Assembly (NCBI GenBank): GCA_038064815.1
Contig: JBBTSF010000064.1
Location: forward strand, 2,308-66,307
Direction of reading: 5' to 3'
DNA: 64,000 nucleotides
Source: Patescibacteria group bacterium
Lineage (GTDB): Bacteria; Patescibacteriota; Patescibacteriia; UBA9934; GWF2-40-263
The position numbers and the translations under genes were made by a program. Shown here in pieces: positions 47,578 through 56,777 of this stretch; positions within the stretch are counted from its first letter, which is position 1, and every line of letters begins with the position of its first letter. The notes beneath the pieces were generated by a model. That model ran no database searches. It was given only the letters and a program-made list of their open reading frames with translations, and had not been told where the DNA came from.

Positions 47578-49998
47578 ATGGCTTATAATCATCACGAAAT
47601 CGAGAAAAAGTGGCAGGAACGTTGGGAAACGTCTGGAGTCTTTCAAGCGAAGGACCAATCAAATAAGCCCAAGTTTTATGGGCTTATTGAATTTCCGTAT
47701 CCATCAGGAGCGGGTTTGCATATCGGTCATCCACGCAGCAACACCGCGATGGACATCATTGTGCGCAAGCGTCGCATGCAAGGATTTAATGTCCTTTATC
47801 CGATTGGCTGGGATGCGTTTGGTCTTCCTACAGAAAACTACGCGATCAAAACCGGTCGCAAACCAGAGGAGGTTACGCGTGAAAACATCGACACGTTTCG
47901 CCGTCAGTTGAAATCGCTCGGATTCAGTTTCGATTGGTCGCGCGAAGTGAGCACAACAGATCCGGAGTATTACAAATGGACGCAATGGATGTTCCTCGAA
48001 TTTTTTAAAGCCGGCCTTGCGTACAAAGCCAAGATGCCAATCAACTGGTGTTTGTCGTGCAAGATTGGTTTGGCAAATGAAGAGGTTGTCGATGGAATGT
48101 GTGAACGCTGTGGTGGCGCAACCGAGAAGCGCGAGAAGGAACAATGGATGATTGCGATTACAAAATATGCGGATCGTTTGCTTGAGGATTTGGAAACCGT
48201 GAATTATCTTGAAAAAATTAAAATTCAACAACGTAATTGGATCGGAAGAAGTGAAGGTGTGAATTGGAAGCAGAAGATTAAAGATCTCGATATCGTTTTG
48301 GAGGCGTATGACTCTGTTCCACAAACGTTCATGGCACAGACGTTCGCCGTGATCGCACCGGAACATCCGTTATTGAAAACGATTGTTGCTGGAACGCCGA
48401 ATGAAAAAGAAGTGATGGAGTACGCGCGGCAGATCACACAAAAGAAAGCGGGAAAAGGATTTGAAGTCGACAAAGAGGTCGATGGAATTTTCACCGGACG
48501 CTATCTCGACAACCCATTTGGAACGGGCGACTTACCAATTTGGGTCGCGTCTTTTGTCGTGATGGATTATGGAACTGGATTTGTAAACTGCAGTGCGCAC
48601 GACGAACGCGATTTTGATTTTGCAAAAAAGTACAACATCCCTCTGCGACCGGTGATGTTTCCAGTGGACGCGGTCGAAGCAGAAAAAGTAAAAAATTTGG
48701 AAGTCTGTTATCACCATGATCCAGAAGCGATCATGCAAGCACCAGCTCCATTTGTTGGCCGAAAGTGGGGAGAAGTGCGTGAAGAAATTATTTCGTATGT
48801 GGTGGAACAAGGATTTGGTGAGCGTGCGGTCAATTACAAACTTCGCGATTGGGTATTTTCTCGACAACGCTATTGGGGTGAACCAATTCCACTTGTGAGT
48901 TGTGAGAAGTGCGGATGGGTCCCGCTTCCAGACAATCAACTTCCGCTCATTCTTCCAGACGTTGAAAAATACGAACCGACTGACACGGGTGAGTCTCCGC
49001 TTGCTGCGATGACCGACTGGGTCAACACAACCTGTCCGACCTGCGCGGGTCCGGCAAAACGGGAAACCGACACGATGCCAAACTGGGCCGGATCGAGTTG
49101 GTATTTTTTGCGCTACATCGATCCACACAACAACGACGCGTTTGCGCTCAAAGAAAAACTTTCGTACTGGATGCCCGTTGATTGGTACAACGGCGGCATG
49201 GAACACACAACGCTTCACTTGCTGTACTCCCGATTCTGGAACAAATTTTTGTTTGATCGAGGATATGTGACCACAAGCGAGCCGTATGCCAAGCGTACAA
49301 GTCACGGACTCATTCTTGCCTCTGACGGAACCAAGATGTCCAAGTCAAAAGGGAATGTCGTCAATCCAGACGAAGTGGTTTCCCAGTACGGAGCGGACGC
49401 TGTTCGTCTGTACCAGATGTTCATGGGGCCGTTTGCAGAACCGGTGCCATGGAGCGTGAATGGCTTGATTGGTATGCGACGATTTTTGGACAAGGTCACT
49501 GCGTTGCCACAACTCATCAAAGCGGATGAATCGGTAGAAGTGACTCGTTGTTTGCATCAAACAATCAAAAAAGTTTCAGACGATATCGAAAACATGCGAT
49601 TCAATACGGCCGTTTCGCAGATGATGATTTTTGTGAACACAGCCAAGGAGTATGGATCGATCACCAAAGATTCGTTTAAGACATTCCTCTATTTGCTGTG
49701 TCCGTTTGCTCCTCATCTTGCAAACGAGTTACAAGAAGGATTGGGAGAAGAAGGAATGCTCGAAGAAAAAACGTGGCCTGAGTTTGACGCAGCGCTTGCA
49801 AAGGAAGAGATGGTTGAAATTGGTGTGCAAGTCAGTGGAAAGGTTCGAGGGACAATTACCTTGTCGCCAGAGACCCAAGAAGCGGATGCACTCGAGCTCG
49901 CAAACGCAAACGCGAATATCGCGAGACATCTCGAAGGGAAAGAGGTCGTCAAAGTCATTTATGTGGCGGGAAAGATTTTGAATATCGTCGTGAAATAA
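47578..49998 (+). CDS. leuS: leucine--tRNA ligase
   Basis: HIGH motif as PYPSGAGLHIGH, KMSKS as KMSKSKGN, and the CP1 editing domain. Confidence 0.95.
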   Translation: MAYNHHEIEKKWQERWETSGVFQAKDQSNKPKFYGLIEFPYPSGAGLHIGHPRSNTAMDIIVRKRRMQGFNVLYPIGWDAFGLPTENYAIKTGRKPEEVTRENIDTFRRQLKSLGFSFDWSREVSTTDPEYYKWTQWMFLEFFKAGLAYKAKMPINWCLSCKIGLANEEVVDGMCERCGGATEKREKEQWMIAITKYADRLLEDLETVNYLEKIKIQQRNWIGRSEGVNWKQKIKDLDIVLEAYDSVPQTFMAQTFAVIAPEHPLLKTIVAGTPNEKEVMEYARQITQKKAGKGFEVDKEVDGIFTGRYLDNPFGTGDLPIWVASFVVMDYGTGFVNCSAHDERDFDFAKKYNIPLRPVMFPVDAVEAEKVKNLEVCYHHDPEAIMQAPAPFVGRKWGEVREEIISYVVEQGFGERAVNYKLRDWVFSRQRYWGEPIPLVSCEKCGWVPLPDNQLPLILPDVEKYEPTDTGESPLAAMTDWVNTTCPTCAGPAKRETDTMPNWAGSSWYFLRYIDPHNNDAFALKEKLSYWMPVDWYNGGMEHTTLHLLYSRFWNKFLFDRGYVTTSEPYAKRTSHGLILASDGTKMSKSKGNVVNPDEVVSQYGADAVRLYQMFMGPFAEPVPWSVNGLIGMRRFLDKVTALPQLIKADESVEVTRCLHQTIKKVSDDIENMRFNTAVSQMMIFVNTAKEYGSITKDSFKTFLYLLCPFAPHLANELQEGLGEEGMLEEKTWPEFDAALAKEEMVEIGVQVSGKVRGTITLSPETQEADALELANANANIARHLEGKEVVKVIYVAGKILNIVVK

Positions 49999-50002
49999 AT
50001 CT

Positions 50003-50560
50003 ATGATTCCATCAAACGCAAAAAAAGTTTTCACCGGTGTGATCTTTGATGTCTATCAATGGCCACAAGAAATGTTTGATGGAAGTATTGAGACGTTTGA
50101 GATGCTCAAGCGTCGGACAAGTACAGACGTCATTGCAACACAGAACGGAAAGATTTTATTGCAAGTACAAGAACAGCCAGCCAAACCCATCTTTCTTTCT
50201 TTTCCTGGAGGTCAGGCGGAAGACGCGGAAGATTCACTCGTTGGCGCAAAAAGAGAATTGCTTGAAGAGACGGGTTGCACATCGAATGACTGGCACTTGT
50301 TCTCTGAAGTGAATGCGATTTCAAAAATTGATTGGTTTGTCTACACCTACATTGCACGAGATTGCACGATCGTTCAGGATCAACAATTAGATGCAGGAGA
50401 ACGGATCACAATCCGGTGGGTCACACTCGACGAGCTCATTGATTTGGTGGATCAGCAGAAATTTACGCAGATTGAACCAAGTTTCCGGATGGATCTGGTT
50501 CGCGCAAAGTATCATCCCCCTGCACGACAAGAATTAGAAAAGAAAATTTTCGGACTATGA
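50003..50560 (+). CDS. Nudix hydrolase
   Basis: Nudix box GGQAEDAEDSLVGAKRELLEETG. Confidence 0.8.
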   Translation: MIPSNAKKVFTGVIFDVYQWPQEMFDGSIETFEMLKRRTSTDVIATQNGKILLQVQEQPAKPIFLSFPGGQAEDAEDSLVGAKRELLEETGCTSNDWHLFSEVNAISKIDWFVYTYIARDCTIVQDQQLDAGERITIRWVTLDELIDLVDQQKFTQIEPSFRMDLVRAKYHPPARQELEKKIFGL

Positions 50561-51885
50561 ACATCGTCATGATCGGAACCGGATATGTTGGTCTCACCAC
50601 AGGTCTTGGATTTGCGGGGTTGGGACATCGTGTGGCCTGTGTAGACACAGATTCGCTCAAGATTGCGAAGCTTGATTTAGGTCAAGCGCCTTTTTATGAA
50701 CCGGGCTTGGACGCGCAACTTAAGACGCTTCAAGATCAAGGGCAGATTGTGTTCACGACGGATCTTTCTTCGGTGATGAGCGGGGCAGACGTCATCATGA
50801 TCGCGGTGCAAACTCCTCCGAAAGAAAATGGGGATGCGGATTTGGTGTATGTTCGTTCTGTTGCGGAAGAGGTGGGAAGATTGTTGGATCATGAGGCACT
50901 TATTATTACAAAAAGTACGGTTCCGGTCGGAACGAATCGTGTGGTCCTTGAGTTGATTCGTCAAACCATGTCGGCAAATGGAAGAGCAGAGCTCGCAAGT
51001 TTGATTCAGATTGCATCTGTCCCAGAATTTTTGCGCGAAGGTGCGGCCTTCGCAGATTTTTTGGAACCAGATCGTGTGGTGATTGGTGCCGATGATGATG
51101 TTGTTTTTGCAACGGTTGAGCAAATGCATGCAGGAATCAAAAGTGTGTTCATGCGTACGAGTATCGAATCGGCTGAGCTGATCAAAGTCAGCTCGAACGC
51201 GTTTCTTGCCACAAAGATTTCTTTCATCAACGAGATTGCAAACATTGCAGAAGGAACGGGAGCGGATGTGCGCGACATTGCTCGGGGAATCGGACTCGAT
51301 AAACGCATCGGCCCGCTTTTTCTGCGCGCAGGAATTGGATTCGGCGGCTCGTGTTTTCCAAAGGATGTGTCTGCGCTCAAGTCTTACGCCGGTGTGCATG
51401 GATATGATTTCAAATTGTTGAACGCCGTGATTGAGGTCAACAACAGACAGCGCGAATTATTTTTCAAAAAGATTCAATCGGTTCTTGGAACTCTCAAAGG
51501 ACGAAAGATTGGTGTGTGGGGACTCGCGTTCAAACCAGATACAGACGACATTCGAGATTCCGCGGCGATCGATTTGGTTCAACGGATTTTGGCGCACGGC
51601 GCGGAAGTCTCCGTGTACGATCCAAAAGCCATGCAAAATGCGATGCGTGTTTTACCCGACGAGGTTATTTACACACCCACTGCGATGGACGCAGCCATTG
51701 GGGCAGAGGCATTAATTGTTCTGACAGAATGGCCAGAATTTCGTGATGTGTCTTTTGCGTCTCTTCGTTCTCAAATGGTTGAGCCGATTATTTTTGATGG
51801 ACGCAACACTCTGGCAGATCTTGAACTTTCGGCGATCGGGTTCCGCTATTACGGAGTCGGAATATGCGACTCGCACAAATCGTAG
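50557..51885 (+). CDS. ugd: UDP-glucose / nucleotide-sugar 6-dehydrogenase
   Basis: GTGYVGL Rossmann motif and the catalytic Cys in GGSCFPKD. The ATGA overlaps the Nudix hydrolase stop. Confidence 0.85.
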   Translation: MNIVMIGTGYVGLTTGLGFAGLGHRVACVDTDSLKIAKLDLGQAPFYEPGLDAQLKTLQDQGQIVFTTDLSSVMSGADVIMIAVQTPPKENGDADLVYVRSVAEEVGRLLDHEALIITKSTVPVGTNRVVLELIRQTMSANGRAELASLIQIASVPEFLREGAAFADFLEPDRVVIGADDDVVFATVEQMHAGIKSVFMRTSIESAELIKVSSNAFLATKISFINEIANIAEGTGADVRDIARGIGLDKRIGPLFLRAGIGFGGSCFPKDVSALKSYAGVHGYDFKLLNAVIEVNNRQRELFFKKIQSVLGTLKGRKIGVWGLAFKPDTDDIRDSAAIDLVQRILAHGAEVSVYDPKAMQNAMRVLPDEVIYTPTAMDAAIGAEALIVLTEWPEFRDVSFASLRSQMVEPIIFDGRNTLADLELSAIGFRYYGVGICDSHKS

Positions 51886-53357
51886 CCTCGCCCTCAAAGA
51901 CTCTCGCCGCCCTGCTCGGGTCTTTTTGTTTGGGAATTTTATTTGGCCCTCTCTGTTTGTCTGTCGCAAGTCTATTTGTGTTGGTCCTGATTTTTTTCTT
52001 GCTGGTCGTTTGTCTTTTTCTCAAAAATGCAAAGCAACGTTTTCTTTTTTTATTTGCCCTCTTTTTTCTTGTCGGAATTTTTCGTTATCAACAAAGTGAA
52101 ATTCCTGCGGTGGTTGTCACGGCGGCTGATCGTGTTGGGAAAAGTGTCAGCGTGACAGGAATCGTTTCTTCACCGGTCGATCATCGCATTGATAGTCAAC
52201 ACGTGATCATCTCACATGTTTTTGTTGGAGATGAACCGGTCGATGGACGTGTGCTGGTGCGTTTTCTTTTGTATCCAGAAGTTTCTTTTCAAGATCGTGT
52301 GGAGTTTACCTGTCGGCTTGAGAAACCAGAACCGTTTAATGGGTTTGCTTACGATCGCTATCTGAATTCCCAGGGCGTGGTTGCTGTCTGTGGCTTTCCT
52401 GAGTTTGCGATTGTTGAGCAGACAAAATATCCAAATATCTTCGCTTGGATTTTACGTGGACGCGATGTACTTGTGACACAAATCAAACTGATTTTTTCTG
52501 AACCGTACGCGACGTTCGTGACAGGTCTGCTCTTTGGAGGAAGCTCTTCGTTCTCAACCGATCTACGAACCGATTTTGCACGCACGGGAACTTCACACAT
52601 TCTTGCCGCCTCCGGATTTAACGTCGCGCTTTTTTCCGTGGTCCTTTTAGAGTGGCTGCTTCAGAGTCCGTTGGGACGCAAGAAAGGATTGTTTGTGACC
52701 GCGGTCATTTTGTTTCTGTACCTCTTTGCCGCAGGCGCAACCGCTGCGGTATTACGTGCAACCCTAATGGCGAGTTTGCTCATTGTGCAAAAATGGATTG
52801 GCAGACGCGCGTGGATGGTGAACACGGTTCTGCTCACACTCACCATCATGCTTCTTTTGAACCCACGCATTCTTCTGGACGATGTCGGATTCCAACTTTC
52901 ATTTGTGGCAACGGTGAGTTTATTGTTTGTCACCCCACTATTTGAGAAGCGATTCCTTTTCTTCCCAGAACGATTCGGAATCCGTACGGCCATTGTCTCA
53001 TCTGTGATCGCGATCATTTTTACGTTACCGATCGTGATCTGGCATTTTGGACAGGTCTCACTTGTGGCGCCGCTCGTGAATTTACTTGTGCTTCCATTTA
53101 TTCCATTTGTGATGGCCGCATCTTTGATTGCACTTATCGCAAGTTTTATCTGGATGCCATTTGGATCTCTTCTCGCCCTTCCGGTCTGGGTGATCTCGTT
53201 TGCTTTACTCGAACTGATCCGCACCATGAGCACACTTTCGTTTGCAACGGTCACGGTTCCGATCGCGCATCTGATTGCCACCGTGATCGGTATTCTTCTC
53301 TTACTCTTTTTGTTTTCGCAACGTCATGTCCTCGGTCATTCGACACACACAAAATAA
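51864..53357 (+). CDS. comEC: ComEC/Rec2 competence protein, membrane-channel portion (DUF4131 plus competence domain)
   Basis: LLFGGSSSFSTDLRTDFARTGTSHILAASGFNVAL is the ComEC competence-domain signature. Polytopic. Confidence 0.8.
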   Translation: MRLAQIVASPSKTLAALLGSFCLGILFGPLCLSVASLFVLVLIFFLLVVCLFLKNAKQRFLFLFALFFLVGIFRYQQSEIPAVVVTAADRVGKSVSVTGIVSSPVDHRIDSQHVIISHVFVGDEPVDGRVLVRFLLYPEVSFQDRVEFTCRLEKPEPFNGFAYDRYLNSQGVVAVCGFPEFAIVEQTKYPNIFAWILRGRDVLVTQIKLIFSEPYATFVTGLLFGGSSSFSTDLRTDFARTGTSHILAASGFNVALFSVVLLEWLLQSPLGRKKGLFVTAVILFLYLFAAGATAAVLRATLMASLLIVQKWIGRRAWMVNTVLLTLTIMLLLNPRILLDDVGFQLSFVATVSLLFVTPLFEKRFLFFPERFGIRTAIVSSVIAIIFTLPIVIWHFGQVSLVAPLVNLLVLPFIPFVMAASLIALIASFIWMPFGSLLALPVWVISFALLELIRTMSTLSFATVTVPIAHLIATVIGILLLLFLFSQRHVLGHSTHTK

Positions 53358-54225
53358 GATTCGGTCGAAGTTTAAGCAGATTGCACTGAGTGTGTTCGTT
53401 CTTGTTTTGTTTTCCGTGTGGTCTCTCATGACGATCGCAAATCTTCAGCCACAAGGAAATTTACAGATGTGGGTTTTTGATATCGGCCAAGGTGACGCCA
53501 TTTTTATTCAGACAAAAGAAGGACAGCAAATTCTGATTGATGGAGGACGTGATCAAAAAATTCTTCAAAAACTTTCTTCGGTGATGTGGCCGTGGGATCG
53601 AACCATTGATGCGATTGTCGCGACTCATCCGGACGCAGATCACATCACAGGACTCATCTCTGTCCTTGATCGTTATCAGGTCAATACGATTTATGAAACC
53701 GGTGTGCGTGGAGAGACGCCGATGATTGATGCACTTGTTGAAGCGATTGGTCGGGAAGAGGCGGCACACACGATTTTGCGAGCGGGAGACAGATTCGATT
53801 TCGGAGACGTTCAATTTATGATCGAATGGCCGACGCAAGAGGCGGTGAATTCAGCAAAAGATCGGAACAACACATCCATCGTTTTAAAGCTTATCTATGG
53901 ATCTCATTCCATCTTGCTCACAGGAGATGCAGAAAAAGAGGTTGAAGCAGAAATAGCGAAAAAAATTGGCGATGTCGATGTGTTAAAAGTCGGTCATCAC
54001 GGAAGTGTTTCTTCGAGCACACTCACATTTCTTGAACAGATCAAACCAGAATATGCACTCATTCCTGTGGGAGAAAAAAATTCATACGGACACCCGCACC
54101 CGGTCGTGCTCTCTCGATTGATGCAAGTGGCCGCACAGATTTTTCGAACAGATCTTGATGGAGATATTCTGGTGACGACGGACGGAACCCATCTCCAGGT
54201 GGGACCCAAGTCCTTGCCATTTTGA
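53326..54225 (+). CDS. ComEC-type metallo-beta-lactamase domain protein; +1-frame ORF overlapping the comEC 3' end by 32 nt
   Basis: One TM helix, then MBL motifs: VFDIGQGDAI, ATHPDADHITGL, KVGHHGS. In canonical ComEC this domain is the C-terminus of the same polypeptide. Confidence 0.7.
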   Translation: MSSVIRHTQNKIRSKFKQIALSVFVLVLFSVWSLMTIANLQPQGNLQMWVFDIGQGDAIFIQTKEGQQILIDGGRDQKILQKLSSVMWPWDRTIDAIVATHPDADHITGLISVLDRYQVNTIYETGVRGETPMIDALVEAIGREEAAHTILRAGDRFDFGDVQFMIEWPTQEAVNSAKDRNNTSIVLKLIYGSHSILLTGDAEKEVEAEIAKKIGDVDVLKVGHHGSVSSSTLTFLEQIKPEYALIPVGEKNSYGHPHPVVLSRLMQVAAQIFRTDLDGDILVTTDGTHLQVGPKSLPF

Positions 54226-54264
54226 GAAATCGATGCTAGTCTTCCACTAAATTGATAAATATCT

Positions 54265-54732
54265 ATGGCAAATATCGAACAAACACTCGTACTCCTCAAG
54301 CCGGACGCACTTCAACGCGATCTTCTTGGTGAGATTACTTCTCGCTTCGAACGCAAAGGAATGAAGATTGTGGGATTGAAATTCATTCATCTCACAGAGG
54401 AGTTGCTTAATGAACACTATGTGCATCTTGCAGAGAAACCATTCTTTCCAAGTTTGAAACAGTTCATGATGCAGACACCTGTGGTCGCGATGGTACTTGA
54501 AGGGTACGACACCGTGGCTGAAGTGCGTAAGCTTGTTGGTTCAACCAACCCACGACAAGCAGACGCTGGAACGATTCGCGCGGATCTCTCCATGAATGTT
54601 CCATCGAACTTGATTCACGCTTCTGATTCTCTCGAAGCCGCACAAACAGAAGTGAAGCGATTTTTTGCAGAGAGTGAATTGTTCTCCTACGAAAAAATTA
54701 CAGACCGCTATCATTACGGAGAAGGTGTCTAA
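54265..54732 (+). CDS. ndk: nucleoside diphosphate kinase
   Basis: LVLLKPDALQR...GLKF... and the catalytic His in NLIHASDS, a G-to-A variant of NxxHGSD. Confidence 0.9.
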   Translation: MANIEQTLVLLKPDALQRDLLGEITSRFERKGMKIVGLKFIHLTEELLNEHYVHLAEKPFFPSLKQFMMQTPVVAMVLEGYDTVAEVRKLVGSTNPRQADAGTIRADLSMNVPSNLIHASDSLEAAQTEVKRFFAESELFSYEKITDRYHYGEGV

Positions 54733-54771
54733 GAATAAAAAATCATCGGCTACATGCCAATGATTTTTTGT

Positions 54772-55869
54772 TTAGTCATTTTTGACAAACTGATCGAGAA
54801 ACTCGCCGATCGTCTGCATGTCCTGAATGTTGGCTTCTTCTGTGTATTGATGGGCGTTGTAGTATCCCGATCCGATCGGCACACAGCGAATGCCTTTTGC
54901 GTTGAACACGGTTGCATCTGATCCGCCAAAGGTTTCAAAGTAATTTGGCTTGAGACTCATGGAGGCAAATGTTTTTTCTAGTCGTTCGAAGAGCGGGTGA
55001 TCTTGTGTCAGAGCATATCCACTAAACTCGAGCGTGTTTTTGATTTCACATTTCGCTCCGTGCTTCTGAACAACGTCTTCGATCGTTTTTGTCACGCGAT
55101 GCATTTCACTGAGTGCCTTTTCTGTCTCAAAGCTTCGTAGTTCTGCTTGGAAGGTGACAGATCCAGGAACGCTGTTACGCGCGGTTCCTGACTGAAATAT
55201 TCCGACGTTCCAAGTCACTCCTTCCGTGCTGTAGCCCCATGGCAGAGACATGAGTGCATCACATGCCGCATGAAGCGCGTTGATTCCGTTTTCTGGTTCG
55301 CGGGGGTGGACGATTTTTCCGATGATCGTTGCATCCATTTTGATCATCGCGGGAGCTTTGATCACGACTTGTGTGACAGGGCCGTCTTCGTCGAGCACCA
55401 ACCCAATTTTTGCACTGAGCAAGGAGTAATCCGCTTGAAGCGCTCCGAGCAATCCTGTTTCTTCTCCACGGGTGAGAAGGACTTCGATAGGGCGATGGGT
55501 GCTGTGGTCGCGCTTTGCCATCACGGCAAGAAATTCGATGAGAACGGCCAGACCTGTTTTTGGATCGGCTCCCAGAATCCCGGTTCCGTTTGAGCGGATC
55601 ACATCTCCGTCGATCGTGTAGTCAGGATTTGGAAGCGGTTCTGGAATGTCTAAGTGTGTTGAAAGAAGAATGGCTTCGCCTTGACCTGGAATTTTTGCCA
55701 CGATGTTTCGAAACGAATCGTCTTCCCAAGCGACACCGGCGTCCGTGAGACGCTTTTTTGTGTAGATCAACACCTCGTTTTCGTTTGGATAAATCTCGTT
55801 AATCATCATCAACTCAATGAACGTTTTTTGCAGTTGTTCTTTTGGGATCATATTTTTTTTAATACTCAT
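54772..55869 (-). CDS. M20-family metallopeptidase (peptidase T / M20B-like)
   Basis: STHLDIPEP H-x-D, GADPKTG, and RGEETGLLGA metal ligand context. The ATG is at 55869; the track ORF starts at a TTG. Confidence 0.65.
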   Translation of the reverse strand: MSIKKNMIPKEQLQKTFIELMMINEIYPNENEVLIYTKKRLTDAGVAWEDDSFRNIVAKIPGQGEAILLSTHLDIPEPLPNPDYTIDGDVIRSNGTGILGADPKTGLAVLIEFLAVMAKRDHSTHRPIEVLLTRGEETGLLGALQADYSLLSAKIGLVLDEDGPVTQVVIKAPAMIKMDATIIGKIVHPREPENGINALHAACDALMSLPWGYSTEGVTWNVGIFQSGTARNSVPGSVTFQAELRSFETEKALSEMHRVTKTIEDVVQKHGAKCEIKNTLEFSGYALTQDHPLFERLEKTFASMSLKPNYFETFGGSDATVFNAKGIRCVPIGSGYYNAHQYTEEANIQDMQTIGEFLDQFVKND

Positions 55870-55958
55870 CAAGCGTCTGTTTGTTCAAACGTCTGAGGAC
55901 TATCGAGAAAAAATGGGTGAGGTGGCAGCGCATTCGTTGCGTTGCCACCTCACGAGAA

Positions 55959-56777
55959 TCACACGTGTCGGCCGACCCACCAGGTCGACCGGGCGATCAT
56001 GCCCAGTTCGCCGGTGTGGCCCTCGTAGTACGGGTTGACTTCCGTTGCGAGTCCTTGGGACTCCATGAAAATTCCAGCCCGACGGAAGTGTTCCTGCACC
56101 TGCCCGCGGTTGAGAATGGCCTTCTGATAGGTCCCTTCCCAAGCGAGTTCGCTCGTCGATCGATCGGTCACCCGAACGTCGATGGACATGATGCCCGAGT
56201 GTTCGTCGAACCGAGGGGCTCGATCGTCGAAGACCGGACGACCGTTGAGTTCAGCCTCCCACCGCATGGGGCTCCGTGTACGGCATCGGTCGAGGTAACC
56301 CTCACCGATATAGTCCATGACGAATACCCCCGTGTGGGAAACCGGACGAACCATGCCGTAGGTGACCCGGGCCAAGAGCTCCGGATCAACGATGTCGCCG
56401 AACGAGTTACCGAGCAGGATGCCCGCGCCAAGTCGTTCGTCGCTCTTCCATGTAGCAAGGTCACCGACGTGGAGTTCCACCCGCGGATCGTCGCAATGAG
56501 CCCGACGGGCTTTGTCGACGCACTTGGGGGAGAGATCCACCCCGACGATTCGTCGCACACCGCGATTGAGCAGGGAAGCGATGTGCCGACCCGTGCCGAA
56601 GCATGGGAGGAACACCGACCTTGGAACCCTGCCGATCAGCCGCAGAACGGTGTCGACTTCGGCGTCTGCGAGCGCGCGATCGTCATGAACGTCGCGATCG
56701 AGCTCTTCCATGACGTCGTAGTGACGCGCGATGTCGAACTGGGCTGGATGCTGGATCTGCGATGAGAGAGGCGCCAT
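55959..56777 (-). CDS. class I SAM-dependent methyltransferase, GC-rich
   Basis: Motif I VFLPCFGTGRHIASLL and motif II RIVGVDLS. The start is the ATG at 56777, which overlaps the TAA of the upstream gene as TAATG. The 306-codon N-terminal extension in the track ORF is Arg/Pro-rich GC-frame noise. Confidence 0.7.
   Translation of the reverse strand: MAPLSSQIQHPAQFDIARHYDVMEELDRDVHDDRALADAEVDTVLRLIGRVPRSVFLPCFGTGRHIASLLNRGVRRIVGVDLSPKCVDKARRAHCDDPRVELHVGDLATWKSDERLGAGILLGNSFGDIVDPELLARVTYGMVRPVSHTGVFVMDYIGEGYLDRCRTRSPMRWEAELNGRPVFDDRAPRFDEHSGIMSIDVRVTDRSTSELAWEGTYQKAILNRGQVQEHFRRAGIFMESQGLATEVNPYYEGHTGELGMIARSTWWVGRHV

Noticed and set aside
46910-47911. Plus-strand 333 aa ORF
   Set aside because: The product is His/Arg/Gln/Asp-rich low-complexity sequence. 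It runs antisense to the better minus-strand gene and reads through the leuS promoter and start.
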